This document shows, in pieces, positions 13,650-25,900 of a DNA stretch of 64,000 bases (positions are counted from its first letter, which is position 1; each line of letters begins with the position of its first letter). The stretch is from Camelus ferus (lineage: Eukaryota): NCBI RefSeq assembly GCF_009834535.1, contig NC_045696.1:92010001-92074000 (forward strand), read 5' to 3'. Made by a program: the position numbers and the translations under genes. The notes below the pieces were generated by a model. It searched no databases. It was not told the origin of the DNA and was given only the letters and a program-made list of their open reading frames with translations.

Positions 13650-15256
13650 AGAATTACCAGAACTTTTATTTTTGCTTAGTTTTATTAAAAAAATAAATAT
13701 GTCATAAAGCTTTTTTCCTTTAGGGAGAAAAAAAGGAACAAGTTTCATAAAATCAAATAAGCAATGGTAAGGTGTCTTAACTTGAAAAGGCTGGGAATCA
13801 CTGGTTTACAATTCGTAACTGAATGAAAGGACAGCTGTACCAGCCACAATTGGCTGTTTCATGCCAATGGCAGCAAACAACAGGACCAACTAGGGCAAAA
13901 TAAATAACTGTGGAAGCCCCGACAAGTGCTTGAACAGGCTGATTCACTGAGACATCAGTATAGATATATCTTGCTCTAAACAACACTAGTTCCTGAAGAG
14001 TTGTGTGTGAATGAAATAACCACAGACATACTAGGAGAGCTTGGTATCTGAGAGAATTCTGTGGTGAATTCTCTTGTGAACAACTACTTCCACTTTTGTA
14101 AATCCCGGGTATCTGCTGAGGGCGAAGTGCACGGGGCCACGAGGCTCCGAGCTGAGGTGTCGGCACGCTCACCTAACGCCGTCCCTGCGGGGCCAGGGCC
14201 TCACTTTCCAAACTTGTGTTTCTGTGAAGCAGTGTAAGACAGAGCTGGCTGGGGAACCCAGCTGCCTCTGGCTAAGCAGGTGTAGGAGTGGGCTCACCTC
14301 CTTTAACAGCATTTCCATGTCAGTGAGTGCGTTCTGGAGGGTCTGCCTTGTGCAAAGCACAGTAATAAACCTGATCAATCCAGTTACAGATGGACTCCCT
14401 TCCTCTAAAGCCTTCGGTCAGGGCCTGAGTCTGCAACCCTCATCAGAAGTAATACTTCTAATTCTCAAGACTGGCTTTAACCAAATAAGGTGCCCACCTC
14501 CTTCAAGCTGGGGAGGATGGCAATGAAAGAGACTTGAGTTTTCCGAGGCTGAAGTTTAACAACACGAGAATCACATTTCATATAACCAGTTAATGAAAAA
14601 TTTTGCTGGTGACAAAAATTTTCCACATGTTTCCTTTTTTCTTACTTCCTCTAAAAAGAACCCGAGTTCTCAGGCAAACCCTGAAGAACAGTGAAAGTCA
14701 TGGATGCTCTCTGGTGGGGTGACACGTTTCAGTCCTACTGACAGAAGCTTCTTTCCACCCACCACGATGCCATGAACTCATCCTACCCCACAGCACTGGT
14801 GCTCTGGACAAGGAGTCAGTGTGGTAGTACTAGTTCCAGGCAGTTTTATCTTTGTAAATAAACAGAATCCGCACTTAGCTCGCAGCCTCCATGTCATCTG
14901 GCCAAACTCCTACCAGACTTAAGTCACATGTAATTAGTTAGGCTGCTCGGTTTCTTTAAAATGCTCCTAATAACATTGCTGCCTATATGTACAAGTGTGA
15001 GTGAAAAGAGTGTGCAATATGTAGTCTTTTCCACACTGAGTACACTAACAACAATTAGTAAATAATTAAAGAATAAGTGGTCATTTTAAAACCTGTGTTT
15101 TTCTTAAAAATCTCACTTTCTAGCACTTAAAAAAATAGCTCTTAAAAGTGCCCTATTAATGTCCAATGCTGTTCCCCCGCTCTGTCCCACCCGTCCAAAA
15201 CCTGCTACAAATGCTGGATTGAGTTCATACAAATAATTTAGCAGTACCAAGGTTTT
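13650..15256 (-). other. TIPARP: TIPARP 3' UTR (~1.6 kb; cleavage site approximate)
   Basis: Continues from the stop codon to the U-rich region and the paired AATAAA signals at 13686-13681 and 13670-13665. Confidence 0.8.
13665..13686 (-). terminator. Tandem polyadenylation signals (two AATAAA)
   Basis: Plus-strand tttatt at 13665-13670 and 13681-13686. U-rich sequence upstream and GU-rich sequence (cttgttgtcttgg) downstream on the minus strand. Confidence 0.75.
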
Positions 15257-15704
15257 TCAAATGGAAACAGTGTTACTGACTTCTTCATACTGGATAACAA
15301 AATAAGGGTAACTCTGGTCATCATTAAAAATGACAAAAATCTGAGGCTCAAAGAAATTATCCACACAAGAGTCATACAGGTCGCTGGTGACACTGCCGGG
15401 GTTGACAGGCGGGGGCCTCCTCATGCCATGGCTGCCCATCGTGTACCTGCCAGTCAGCACTTTGGCCAGAAACATGAAATGGACTCCTTTGGAGGACTTC
15501 TTAGAAAAGTTATGAGAGTAGCTTGCCTTCTTTGCAAAGTAACTGCCTTGTCCAAACATCGTAGCGTGCTTTCCACAGACTCGAGGGTCAAAGTTGTGCT
15601 TACAGATTCCGTCGACCACATCCTGGGATGTTCCATGAAATAAATGTCTCTCATTTATTATTCTGTCACGGCCAAACATTTTCCTGTTCATATATTCCTT
15701 TTTC
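15257..15704 (-). CDS. TIPARP: TIPARP exon 6 coding part (448 nt incl. TGA): PARP catalytic core with H-Y-I type triad (LFHGT, GSYFA, QIFVIF)
   Basis: Acceptor cattag|GAAA and stop TGA at 15259-15257. Lies in ORF 15257..15766. Motifs are typical of mono-ART PARP7/11/12-class enzymes. Confidence 0.97.
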
Positions 15705-16054
15705 CTAATGCAAAGAGTGGTCAGGAAATTCAGAAAAAGGGAAGTATAGGTCAGTTCAATAGGCATGATGCAGTCATAAACGTCTCTATGGTTTCAGCGG
15801 AGGTATCGAGGGCAAAATACCATCAAAGATCATACTAAAAATTTAGACTTTTCCACCACAGACAAGAAAAGCCCTTTTCCTTTTTTCTCCACCAGCCGTT
15901 TGTTCACTTGTTTTCTCTCTTGCATTTCAAATCTAGTTCATTCTCACATCTTACCTTCTCAGGATGACTTCCCTGTCTAATTACACCTTAATTCTGAAGT
16001 TTCTCAGAACTACCTGCATCCCCTTTGAATTCCATTAATTTGTTGGGGACTTGA

Positions 16055-16250
16055 GAGGCCACACAGTAAAGTGATTAAGAACAAGGCCTCTGGTGCTAGA
16101 CTGCCGGGGTTCAAATGCCAGCACCGTATCTTCTCAGCCATGTGACGTGTGGCAGGCTACCCAACCTTCCTGTGACTGTTTCCTCTCTGTAAAATGGAGA
16201 CTGTAAGAATCCTACTTACAGGTGTGTTATGAGAATTACATGAGTTAATA
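16055..16250 (+). mobile_element. MIR in TIPARP intron 5
   Basis: gtgattaagaacaaggcctctgg...gggttcaaatgccag...tttcctctctgtaaaatggag...ttatgagaattacatgag. Confidence 0.75.
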
Positions 16251-16356
16251 TTAAAAAGATGACATATTAAGTTCTGTGTAAGTCTTGACTACTGTGTCAC
16301 TTGTCATCAGCTACATGAAGAAAAGCTCTCTTGAACTTTTCATACTGCTGACTCAC

Positions 16357-16635
16357 CTTTTATATTTCTCCCAAAGAAATTGGTTTTGGACTCTCAATAT
16401 TTGCAAAATTCTATATTTAAATTCAGGCACAGTCTTATGAAAAAGATTATAAATGATTCGATAACTTTTGTCCTCTGCAGAAACAGGCACTTGGATGAAG
16501 TCCTGAGATGGATGCATATAAACCCAAGTTTCAGGGTAAAAGTTTGCTGAGGTGACTCCATCAGGGCATATGATCTGTGATGAGGAGGTTGCTTCAAGTG
16601 GCGGAGGAGCCTGTGTGGGAACACCACCAAGTGTC
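16357..16635 (-). CDS. TIPARP: TIPARP exon 5 (279 nt): TLGGVPTQAPPP...QNQFLWEKYK(R), start of the PARP catalytic domain
   Basis: Acceptor tctag|GACA and donor AG|GTGAGT. Lies in ORF 16353..16667. Confidence 0.96.
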
Positions 16636-17215
16636 CTAGAAGGGAAAGGGAGGAATGGCAATGTCAAACACTCAGCAGTGAGTACACCTCACATTAGAGC
16701 ACTCGATCGCAGTGTCTAATGTTACAATTTGCATAGGCCAAATGCTTTTTAAAAAACAATATAGAAAATGATATCTATTAAAAAAATCTTACAGCAAACA
16801 CTGATTGTACAGAGATAACCTATTATTTATTGGCTTTCCCTGGCCTCCTCCTTATGGAGAAAACTCTGGAATGTAATGCTGCAAGGCTAGCAAGCAAGAA
16901 CTAATTTATAAATAACTTTACATTCTGATTCCTGGATTCCTCTTTTGCCTATAGATTTAAACTCTGTTTCAAGGGAGGAACGATAATCTGCATGCATTCT
17001 TCAAACTGCTGTACTAAGCAAAAAACACATCATTACTGAAGGCTACGTAGATGGGGGTGCATAGTGAGCGGAGACAAAGTGAGGCAGGTGGGCAAGAGAG
17101 AGCTTCCAGGGAGATGAGAGAAAATATTAAAAATAAAAAGCTTACACTGTAGGCTTTGTATGAAAACAAACAAAAACCATAGAGCAGGTATTAAAAGGTG
17201 ACATTTGGCATTTGC

Positions 17216-17308
17216 TTTTTTTTTTTTTTTTTTTTAAGTGAAAGCAAGTTTAGAAAGCTACACACTCCATAGATAGAGTGCAGGCTGTCTCAGAAGGCAA
17301 GAGAGCGA
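17216..17308 (-). mobile_element. Short polyadenylated fragment resembling an ERV1 LTR R-region
   Basis: Minus strand ...ctctatctatggagtgtgtagctttctaaacttgctttcactt followed by ~A20, resembling ERV1 LTR transcript ends. Confidence 0.5.
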
Positions 17309-19444
17309 GCAACTGCTTCATTTTAAAATACCACATATAACAACAAAACCATCAATACTATTCAAATTTTATAACTTCAGATATGCTTAAGATGGAGCTA
17401 ATTACTTTAAGCTCTAGACACCAGAATATCCTTGAACCATAAATTCAGGTCTGTTACTTTGAAGGATCAGTTTAGACAAGCAGCAGCTTTGTTACTTATT
17501 CCTCCCTGATTAAATGATTTAAATCATATTTCTTGGCCATTTTCAAATCAGAGCAAAAGGGAAGAAGCAGAGAGAAAGGAAATCCTGCCCCTGAGACCCA
17601 TCAGCATGCAGTAGTCACAAGGAAGCAGTAAGTCTGCCAAATGGATTAGGAAACTGAAATTTTCAAAAGAGCTTTGTGACACAGAGGTTACAACTGTGGG
17701 TGAACATGCATCTAATCTCTGAGAGCATATCTTACCATCAGCCTCCTCATAATTACAGCCACCTGATACTAAGCACATACTATGGAGCAAGCATTTTACA
17801 CAGAGTATTGCTATGTATAACAACCCTGTAAGATGGCTTGGTTATCCACACCTTTCAAAAAACTGCCTGCCTCACTAGTAAAGAACAGACAGGATTTGAG
17901 TGCAAGCTTATCTAGTTTCTAAGTGCATACTCTGCATTTCCATATACTTTACAATTCATATACACATATATTTCTTTCTTTCTTTGTGATGGACAGATAC
18001 TAGGAATGCAACTCAGGTCTGCCTGACCCCCACTACCATTACCACTACCTCACGGTCTTTTGATTTTTAAGAGATGGCTTGATTAGAAGCTAAAAGCTGT
18101 AAAGGCGCAACTGCCTTCTCTAGCCCCTACCCCCTTCAAGTAGCTGTGCCTCCGATTTATTCTGCCTCCAAATACTTTTGTGAGGAAGAGACAGCTCTGG
18201 GTGGATCCAGGGCTTACAGCAGAATTCCCCTTTGGTGCTTTTAAATTCAGGAGCAGACCTAAAAGGATGCTGGTTTCTCCAACCTTCACAACAGAAGGCA
18301 CAAGAGCTCTGTCTTCTGGAGCATTTTCACAAAGCCCTGACAGATTCCTCCAGAGCCTTCCTTTCGCTGGTACATTTTTCTGAGAGGCCCAACTGCTTTA
18401 ATCAGATTCTGAAAAGTCTGTGACTCCTTAAAAAGCCATCACTATTCTGAAGGAATGGCAGGAAGTAGAATATAATCTCTTTATTTTAGCTGTTCTCTCT
18501 ACCCCTGCTCTGCAAAGAGAGTATGTCCTAGCCCGCCAGGCCTTCCAGTCCTGTTAGGGGGTGAAGTTATCAACAGAAGTTTCTGGGTTGAAGGAGGAAG
18601 GTAAGATTCTCCCAACCACTCTGCCCAAAATAGGTTTCACGCTGTCATTGCTCCTTTTCTTTCTGATACCACTCCTGCCTAGAAATCAGTTTCACAAAAT
18701 GTATCCTTTCCTTTTTCAGGGAAATGGGGCTCCGTTATTTCCTTACATATGCTTGAAAATGTGCCTGCGAAAATAAATCCTGTCCATCCCATGAAATTAA
18801 ATTAGGTTTCTTATATATTTGGTTAAGCATCCATTCCTACCCCTTGATGCTTTTTAATAAGCTAGCATCCTAGTTGGGCTAAAACATAAAAATGCATGTG
18901 GACATCTATCTGATGAACTTCTACACTCTTGTTGCCAGGGGTTAAAAATCCATATTCTAAAGACAGTTTCACACGCGGCTTTGTTTTCGGAGGCTGCGGG
19001 GCCAGCGCTCAGCCCGCGGGCACTCGGGTAACGCTCCACGTGCGCGCCGACCTGCTTTAGACCCGCAGAGTCGAAGGCTACGGAGCCTGTACTCAGGGCC
19101 TCTGATGAATGAATTTTCAGAATCCAAGGTCACCTTTTATCACTCTCCTTCCCTCCCCTGGCCATTCTGAAAGGCTTCCTAACCTATTTCAGTGATGAGG
19201 GAAAAATTAATTCATTTTATCCTATTTGGGGACAAGTCAAAGAAATCCTTTCAGGCCTCCTCCTGACCAAGAGGTGACTGCACAAGGTAGAAGTCCTTTC
19301 AGCTGAAATGGACTTCCAAACCTCTAAGTCTAATATTTGTTTTATGCAGCCTCAGCTCAAGTATTCTAATACTAAGGAATAAGATGCTTTTTATCAGCCC
19401 TACTAGAAATTGGCAAACACACAGGAAATTTTTTAACCATTAGG

Positions 19445-19580
19445 AATATTAGCGAAACTTGACTGTGGTAGTAATTTTACTATATTATATATATTTATAT
19501 GTTACATCACTATGCTGTATACCTTAAATTTATAGAATGTTTGATGTCAATTATATCTCAATAAAACTGGAAGGGGAAAA
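19445..19580 (+). mobile_element. L1 3' end fragment (L1MA/MB-type)
   Basis: cttgactgtggtagtaatttt...atgctgtataccttaaattt...gtcaattatatctcaataaaactgg. Confidence 0.7.
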
Positions 19581-21110
19581 ACAGCAGCAGGGAAACACTC
19601 ATTTAAAAAGAGCCACATCTGCAGGAAATTCATGAATTAAGCCAGTGCTCCTCAACCTCCTCCCAAGTCTAGCATTCCCAATTCTTAGGCGTCTCTGATT
19701 CCCTGATAATTGTGGCCTTTGGGGCACCTATGTTTTTCTTTGACCCTTTGCATTTACTCACATTTAAGAACAAAATTTTCTTCCTGGCTAAGATCATGGT
19801 CTCTCTAGAAATTTGCTTCTGAAAGCTGCTTTTGGGAACTAGTCTCCCTCCTCCTCCTCCTCCCCACTAGGCCGGCCCAAGTGCCCCCTCAGTCCCAGAC
19901 TCTAGGGCAGATAGGAACTGAATGGCTGCGTTTTCCCATTCCACCCTGGTGAACTTTCTGCTGCTCTGCTCTTTTCCCGTTGAAATGTCTGCATAATCTT
20001 TTTGATTTGCTAAGCTCTTACTTTATGCCCAATTATCAGTGTTCCAGACAAGACAACTAAAATAGGAAATTTTAAAAAGAATAAGGAAAAGAACAGAGTG
20101 ACTTTCTTTGTTCTCTTGTAAGCCCATGTTATAAATAGTAAGGCCCTATTTGTGGCATTAATTCTACTACCTGCTTATCTTATTTTCATAGTTCATACTT
20201 TTACAAAACAAGCCTAAGTTTAAAAACAAAGATAGGGAGAGAGGGTATTCCATAATTACTTGTTTCAATCCTAAGACAAATCAATTTTCACCATTCTGTA
20301 AAACTCCCCAACGGTACAGCACTTGAATGAGCATTCTTCCTTTCACATAGAAGCTGCATCTTGCTTGATTGGCTCAGCATGCCAGGCTGCTGGTCTCACT
20401 AATGAGTCCTACTGTCTCACTAGGAGGACAGTATGTTCCTAACTACTGGACGCTGACGCTATCTCCAGCTGTGATAGTGAAATCACAGAATGGCATTTTT
20501 ATTAGTTTCTAATAAAAAAAACCCTACAAGGTAAAATTTTTCACACTTGGACTAGGAAGAAAGCACACATTTACCTCAAATCAGTATCTATTTCTAAATT
20601 TGGCCTTTTAACAAACTGTTTTTGGATACTGAGCGTTTCAGGGAATGTTCTCTTTGCAATCTCAGAATTAGAATCATTAAGATTCTGCCATAATTATCTG
20701 GGAAAAACACTTTGGGCTTGAAATAACTTGGGAAAGTAGAAGGAGAGTTCATCTATAACTCAGAAGGATGAGTTCAGTCTCAACATAAAAGTCTGACAGG
20801 TAATTTTAGTGAGTATTACAGGAAGATGGGCCTTAATTAGCAAATGAGGATGCAAATTCTTTGAAAAGGTGATGACTTCTCATACAAACTCACTCAAGGA
20901 AGAAGAATGGAGGACTCCATCTTGAGGGACTCTCTCTACTCGCCAAGACGGCCTGCCAGGGCTGGGAAACTCCCATAACACGGAAGGGAATCTCAATCTT
21001 TCATGAAGGAGGCAAATGCAAACTCTGCCTCATTCTAGACATAATTACTTTTAGTTGTGGAAGAATGTTTACTTTTTCAGTTCAAAAAATCCAATAGGGT
21101 ACTCACTCCT

Positions 21111-21197
21111 TTAGAGTTCAGATAAGCTACAACTAACCCGATACTATTAGAGTTCAGATAAGCTACAACTAACCCGATACTATTAGAGTTCAGATAA
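21111..21197. repeat. Perfect 36-bp tandem repeat, 2.4 copies
   Basis: ttagagttcagataagctacaactaacccgatacta at 21111 and 21147, plus a 15-nt partial copy at 21183. Confidence 0.95.
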
Positions 21198-21316
21198 CTC
21201 AGAATTTCACATTCTAGAGGTAATAAAAAAGTTAGTGTCAGTCTTTTTCTCTTTGGTATTCAGCTGTATATTTACATAAAATGAGAGTAAAGATGCGACT
21301 TCCACTGGACACTTAC

Positions 21317-21477
21317 TGTAAATATGGAAGCAGTATAAAACAGGAGCGGAAGAGGGGTCTCCTTTTTATTTCTCTCCTGAAGAATGAGTTGTGAAGAATG
21401 TAGTGGTTGTTCCACATCATAAACCGGACTTCTTTCAGACCCCGAGAGTTGGCTTCTTCAATCAATCGAATAACAGA
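21317..21477 (-). CDS. TIPARP: TIPARP exon 4 (161 nt): SVIRLIEEANSRGLKEVRFMMWNNHYILHNSFFRREIKRRPLFRSCFILLPYL(Q), WWE domain
   Basis: Absent from the ORF track and translated by hand. Acceptor ccatag|TCT, donor CA|GTAAGT. Keeps the frame between exons 3 and 5. Confidence 0.95.
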
Positions 21478-22805
21478 CTATGGAGTAGAAAACAAGGTAA
21501 AGGGGAAAAAAAGTTTAAAATACAATAAATATAATCACTGTAAAATATGAAGAATGTTAATATAACTAAAGGTAAGAACAATTAACCACACTGTTAACAT
21601 CAGAAGAGTTTCAATAAAGTACAGTTAGTCAAATTATTTCCCATTATATGTAGGAAATTTCATTTATTCATTTTTTTCAAAGATGCAGAATAGAAAGATG
21701 CTTCCTGTTCAGAAGAACATGGACTTCAACTTACGAAATATGTGGGGCACAGGGAACTAGTCTATTTTATTTTGAGGCCTTAACAATGTCCTGGAGATCT
21801 TTTTGTTTATATTTCTTAAAGAAATTTCAGAAGAGGATTAAAGATGGTAGTGTATGCAGTTCAAATGAACCAGCTGAGTTCAAATCCCAAGAAACCTCTC
21901 AGAGGAGAAACACAGGGACAGTCCAGCTATTCTGAAAATACATTTTAAACAGCCTCTTAATCTCTTTGGAAGGTATCAGATACTAATGATTACTTAAGAG
22001 AGTCAGAAATTTTTATTCAATATTGTGTTTTATACTAATGAACATACTAGATCATTTTCTTTTGCTATTGTCTTAAAAGAAAACCTGTGGTAGATAAGTC
22101 AGTTCTCCCTTTTTGTAATGCTGGGAATGAATTTAATCAAATTGAAGAAGGCAGATCTTTGAAATGTGAAATTAATCTCTAAAGTCCATTTCAGGGTGTT
22201 TAAACGTGACTTAGAATTCTCATTCAGAGGCAAAGTAGCCACCATAATTTTAAAACCTTGCTTTGTGACTGATAAGCTATTCTTACCATCTCAGGCTAAG
22301 GATGCATGTGCACATGTGATAGAATTTTAAATGACCGATTTGCCTGACCACAGCTCAATAAACATTTTCAAGTACTTCTTCCAGGGGCTTAAGAGTGATT
22401 GTTTCCCACTAGACTTCTGAAATGCCAAGTGTAACACATGATCTAATCACTAGGAGCCAGACACAGCCAAAAGTTACACCAGTGCTCATCTCATTAAATT
22501 ACTCCAAAGGCGGCACCGAGTCTGAGTACTTACCACTGTAAGTACTTAGTCTCTACAGTATAAGATACTGGGAAAAGCATTTTCTGATAATATTAGTATT
22601 CTATTTATGGATTCCAGGAGATTAATCAAAAGAATTACATTTTCAGAAAAATTGAGGAAAAATAAGTGTTACTTATATCAACGAGACTCAGTTTTACATC
22701 TATTTAAGCTCTTTGATTTGTGGTTCTGTCTAGTCATTGTTGGAAATGAACAGTGAAACACAAAAAAATTTAAATGCACTTTGGGGAAAAAGAACCTGTA
22801 AATAC

Positions 22806-22974
22806 CTCAGGATACTCTCTCCATCCAAAGTGGTCCCTGCAGAAGAATTTCCAGACTGTGTGGTAAACAGAGTTGACATTGCTAGAAGGTGGTGTGGACA
22901 GCCTTCGTAGTTGGTCAAATTCAGCTGTTTCGTACACATTCATGGCATTCAAATCTGCCCAAAACTCTTGTCCT
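22806..22974 (-). CDS. TIPARP: TIPARP exon 3 (169 nt): GQEFWADLNAMNV...FCRDHFGWREYPE, start of the WWE region
   Basis: Acceptor ttttag|AGGA and donor GAG|GTATTT. Phase is compatible with exon 2 (GG+A = Gly). Lies in ORF 22770..23054. Confidence 0.96.
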
Positions 22975-25900
22975 CTAAAAAGACCCAAGAAAAAATGAAT
23001 TGTTAGTATCAATATATTTGCAAAATAGAAATATCTAAACATTTCATCAGACATTAAAAGTATCTAGTATAGCATATTACAGAATTTTCAAAACTTGTCT
23101 TATTTGGAGTGAAAGGACATCATTACTGGTGGCTTCTCCATTTCCTAGGTGCCTTTACTTAACAAGACCAAAACTTCCAGGTCATGCATCATTACACGAT
23201 TGATTCTATCTCACAGCATCACTGGCCTAAACCAATCAACATAATCTCATGCTCGCCACCAAAAGTGGGATGAGCCAAGCCTGGCCTCAGCCAATCAGGG
23301 AATCAGTTTTAGGATGAAGCTGACAGAAAGCAGACAGAGAAACAAAAGAAACTTCACTTGAGGCTTGTCTTTTTTCCAGAGGCATCAGTTTACCTAAACC
23401 AACAGGAATACACAATATTGCCTGATGAAAGACAGGAGAACTAAAGATGGGAAAAATAAAATGATCCCAGATGAGGCGAGTACTGCTAATCTACCCAACA
23501 TCAATATTATCTTTTATCCTGTGGGTGGAAAAAATTGACAAAACATGATGAAATAGTGTAGATTATTATGAAGTTTAGCTATGAGAATATTTTAGTCATT
23601 ATTTGGTCTGCTGCTCCTGAACCAGCACTTTACAAACACCTCAATACATTTGGGGGTGGGGTAGGGTGGAGTCCCCCTATATAAATCAGAACCATTTGAA
23701 AAATTAACTTATAGTGGTCCAAAAATTTTGTGCTTCTTTTTTAATGGAACTTCATCTAGTGTTTGAAACATCTGAACCATTATTTTAAGTAACTGGCAAA
23801 ATGTTCACTGCATTCTCTTTGTGTATATTTCAAAATTTCCTTAAGAAAACATAAAAAAAATCATAAAACAACATCACAAGTATCAGCAGAGTGACCAAGT
23901 TTCCAAATACATTTTTCCGGCTTTCCCACAGATTTCTAAGTGAATATCTGTAACACATAACCACATACTCCAGATCCAGTGGCACTCAGAACAACTGGTT
24001 CTTGTGCAATTAGGTGTTTGGACAGATAGTCCCAATAATTAACTTACTTCCTTGCTGTAAATTACGATTTCGAAAAGGGTATTAATTCAGACCTATGGGT
24101 TTTGCTGGTTAGTGTGACACCCTAGACTCTATTCTTGGAACACTTTTTTCAAGGACTGTTAATAGGTACTCTATGCAAAAAGCATTCTGTGATCAAGTTT
24201 GTTTAACTTTGTGTAACCAAGATTTTCAATTTACTTACTGTAGACACTCCCCAGTCCCTTTAATATGCTAAGGTCGATACTGAAGTACCATGATGAGGAC
24301 TATAAATATTCTAAAAGCTATAACAACGCTTCCCTTTTACCCATGAATACCTATTAACATCTCTCACTAAACACCCCTGGCAAATATGAAGGAAAGAAAG
24401 TATTTCCCACCCTCCATCCCAATGTTCATAATTTGTGAATCAGGTTCTATTTGGAAAAACAACAAAAACAAACCCCTCAAGTCATACACCAATTAATGGT
24501 GCCACGGAGCACATAAGTTACTGTAAAAAGCAGTACATTCCTTTAAAAATTCCTAAAGAGCTGCCAAAAATCCTAATTTCTTGCATAACTTCAAGTTAGG
24601 ATTAGGATGCCTAATTTCATCCCATTAGGATGTAGTATTAAAAGGAACATACAGTTTTAATTAAGTGTGAAATGGGAACAAGACAATAAAATGTAGTTTA
24701 AATCATATCTGAGCATCGCTTTGTTTAAAATTACTTATGGTAAATAGGAATATTTAATTAAAAAAAAGGTCTGGAAAATTCTTCAAAAAAGATAAACAAT
24801 GAAAACTGGAACTCCTATGCCTAAATTAAACTTCACATCAAGTTGCTTTAAATAATTTTTCTTTACCCTTAGGAGAATCTGATGCTATCAATGAGTAGAC
24901 AGATATTAACCTCTTTCTCCCTCTTAACATCATTTCCAGTTTCTAAACAGATTTTCCCATTTTAAGTTTATTTCCCAGTAACTGTTCCCAATTATGAGTT
25001 AACAAATCTCACTATTTTCTTTAAGGAGTTCTAAGAAGAACAGTCATTATGTTAACATACATTATAATATAAACACCAACGCTTTTTGCTATTAAAGTAT
25101 CAGATTTTATTCTGGACATCGCTCTAACAATTTCTGTTTATGCCTGTATTATTAAGACTTCATAGATAATGATTTGCATGAGAAAGACATCTAAAGCTGC
25201 AGCCTGTGCTACATTCTCAGTGCATTTCAGTCCTTCGGGCATTATGAAACTTCCACGACAAATCCTAATTTACTACAATGAACTGTTCTGTGGATTGATG
25301 TATCAAAGTACTGTTTTAACTCTGATTTTCAATATGCTTTTCTAGACTCAACAGAGACAAAACAAAAAATCTGAAAAACATTAAATTATCTTTTTATAAG
25401 ATTAATTTTACCACCTGCTCTCCCTTAAACAAGAAATGCTTACAACATCCAAAGCCAAGAGTGTCTATTCTCCTCAATCTGCATCAGTATAAAATTCATG
25501 TAATGTGAATGCCAAATGTTCAACATCCACTACTCTTATCAAACCATTGTTTCATATTATCAGAAAGCAGTCAGGAGCTGTGTGTGTGGAAATGGTGATG
25601 GTGGGCTGTATTAGGCAACACAAAGAACTAAACAGATGTAGTCCCTGGCTCCAGAGGCTTCAAGAGAGAAATAACAAAATGTAAAACCAAAGAAGTGGTA
25701 CATCTGCCTCTCTAAACTCGGTGGTGGCAAGTAAATTCTGGGAATGAGAGGACAAAGAATAGGCATGCAGCATTATGGGAGAGGAGGTGGTTACTCCTCC
25801 AGGAATGGACAAAGGTCAGGAAAAGTAAGAGGCTTTAGAGTATCAATCCAAGATAGTTTTCTGTGAGAGAAAGAATTTTAGGAGCAGTTTAATAGGAAAT

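Noticed and set aside
15705..15766. Extra ORF residues upstream of exon 6 (likewise the flanks of ORFs 16353..16667 and 22770..23054)
   Set aside because: These are intronic read-through beyond clear splice sites.
15428..15838. Antisense ORFs over TIPARP exons (also 37855-38519)
   Set aside because: Shadow ORFs of real coding sequence, with no independent evidence.
21111..21197. CRISPR-like array (36-bp period)
   Set aside because: The units are identical with no unique spacers, there are no cas genes, and the context is a mammalian intron. It is a simple tandem duplication.
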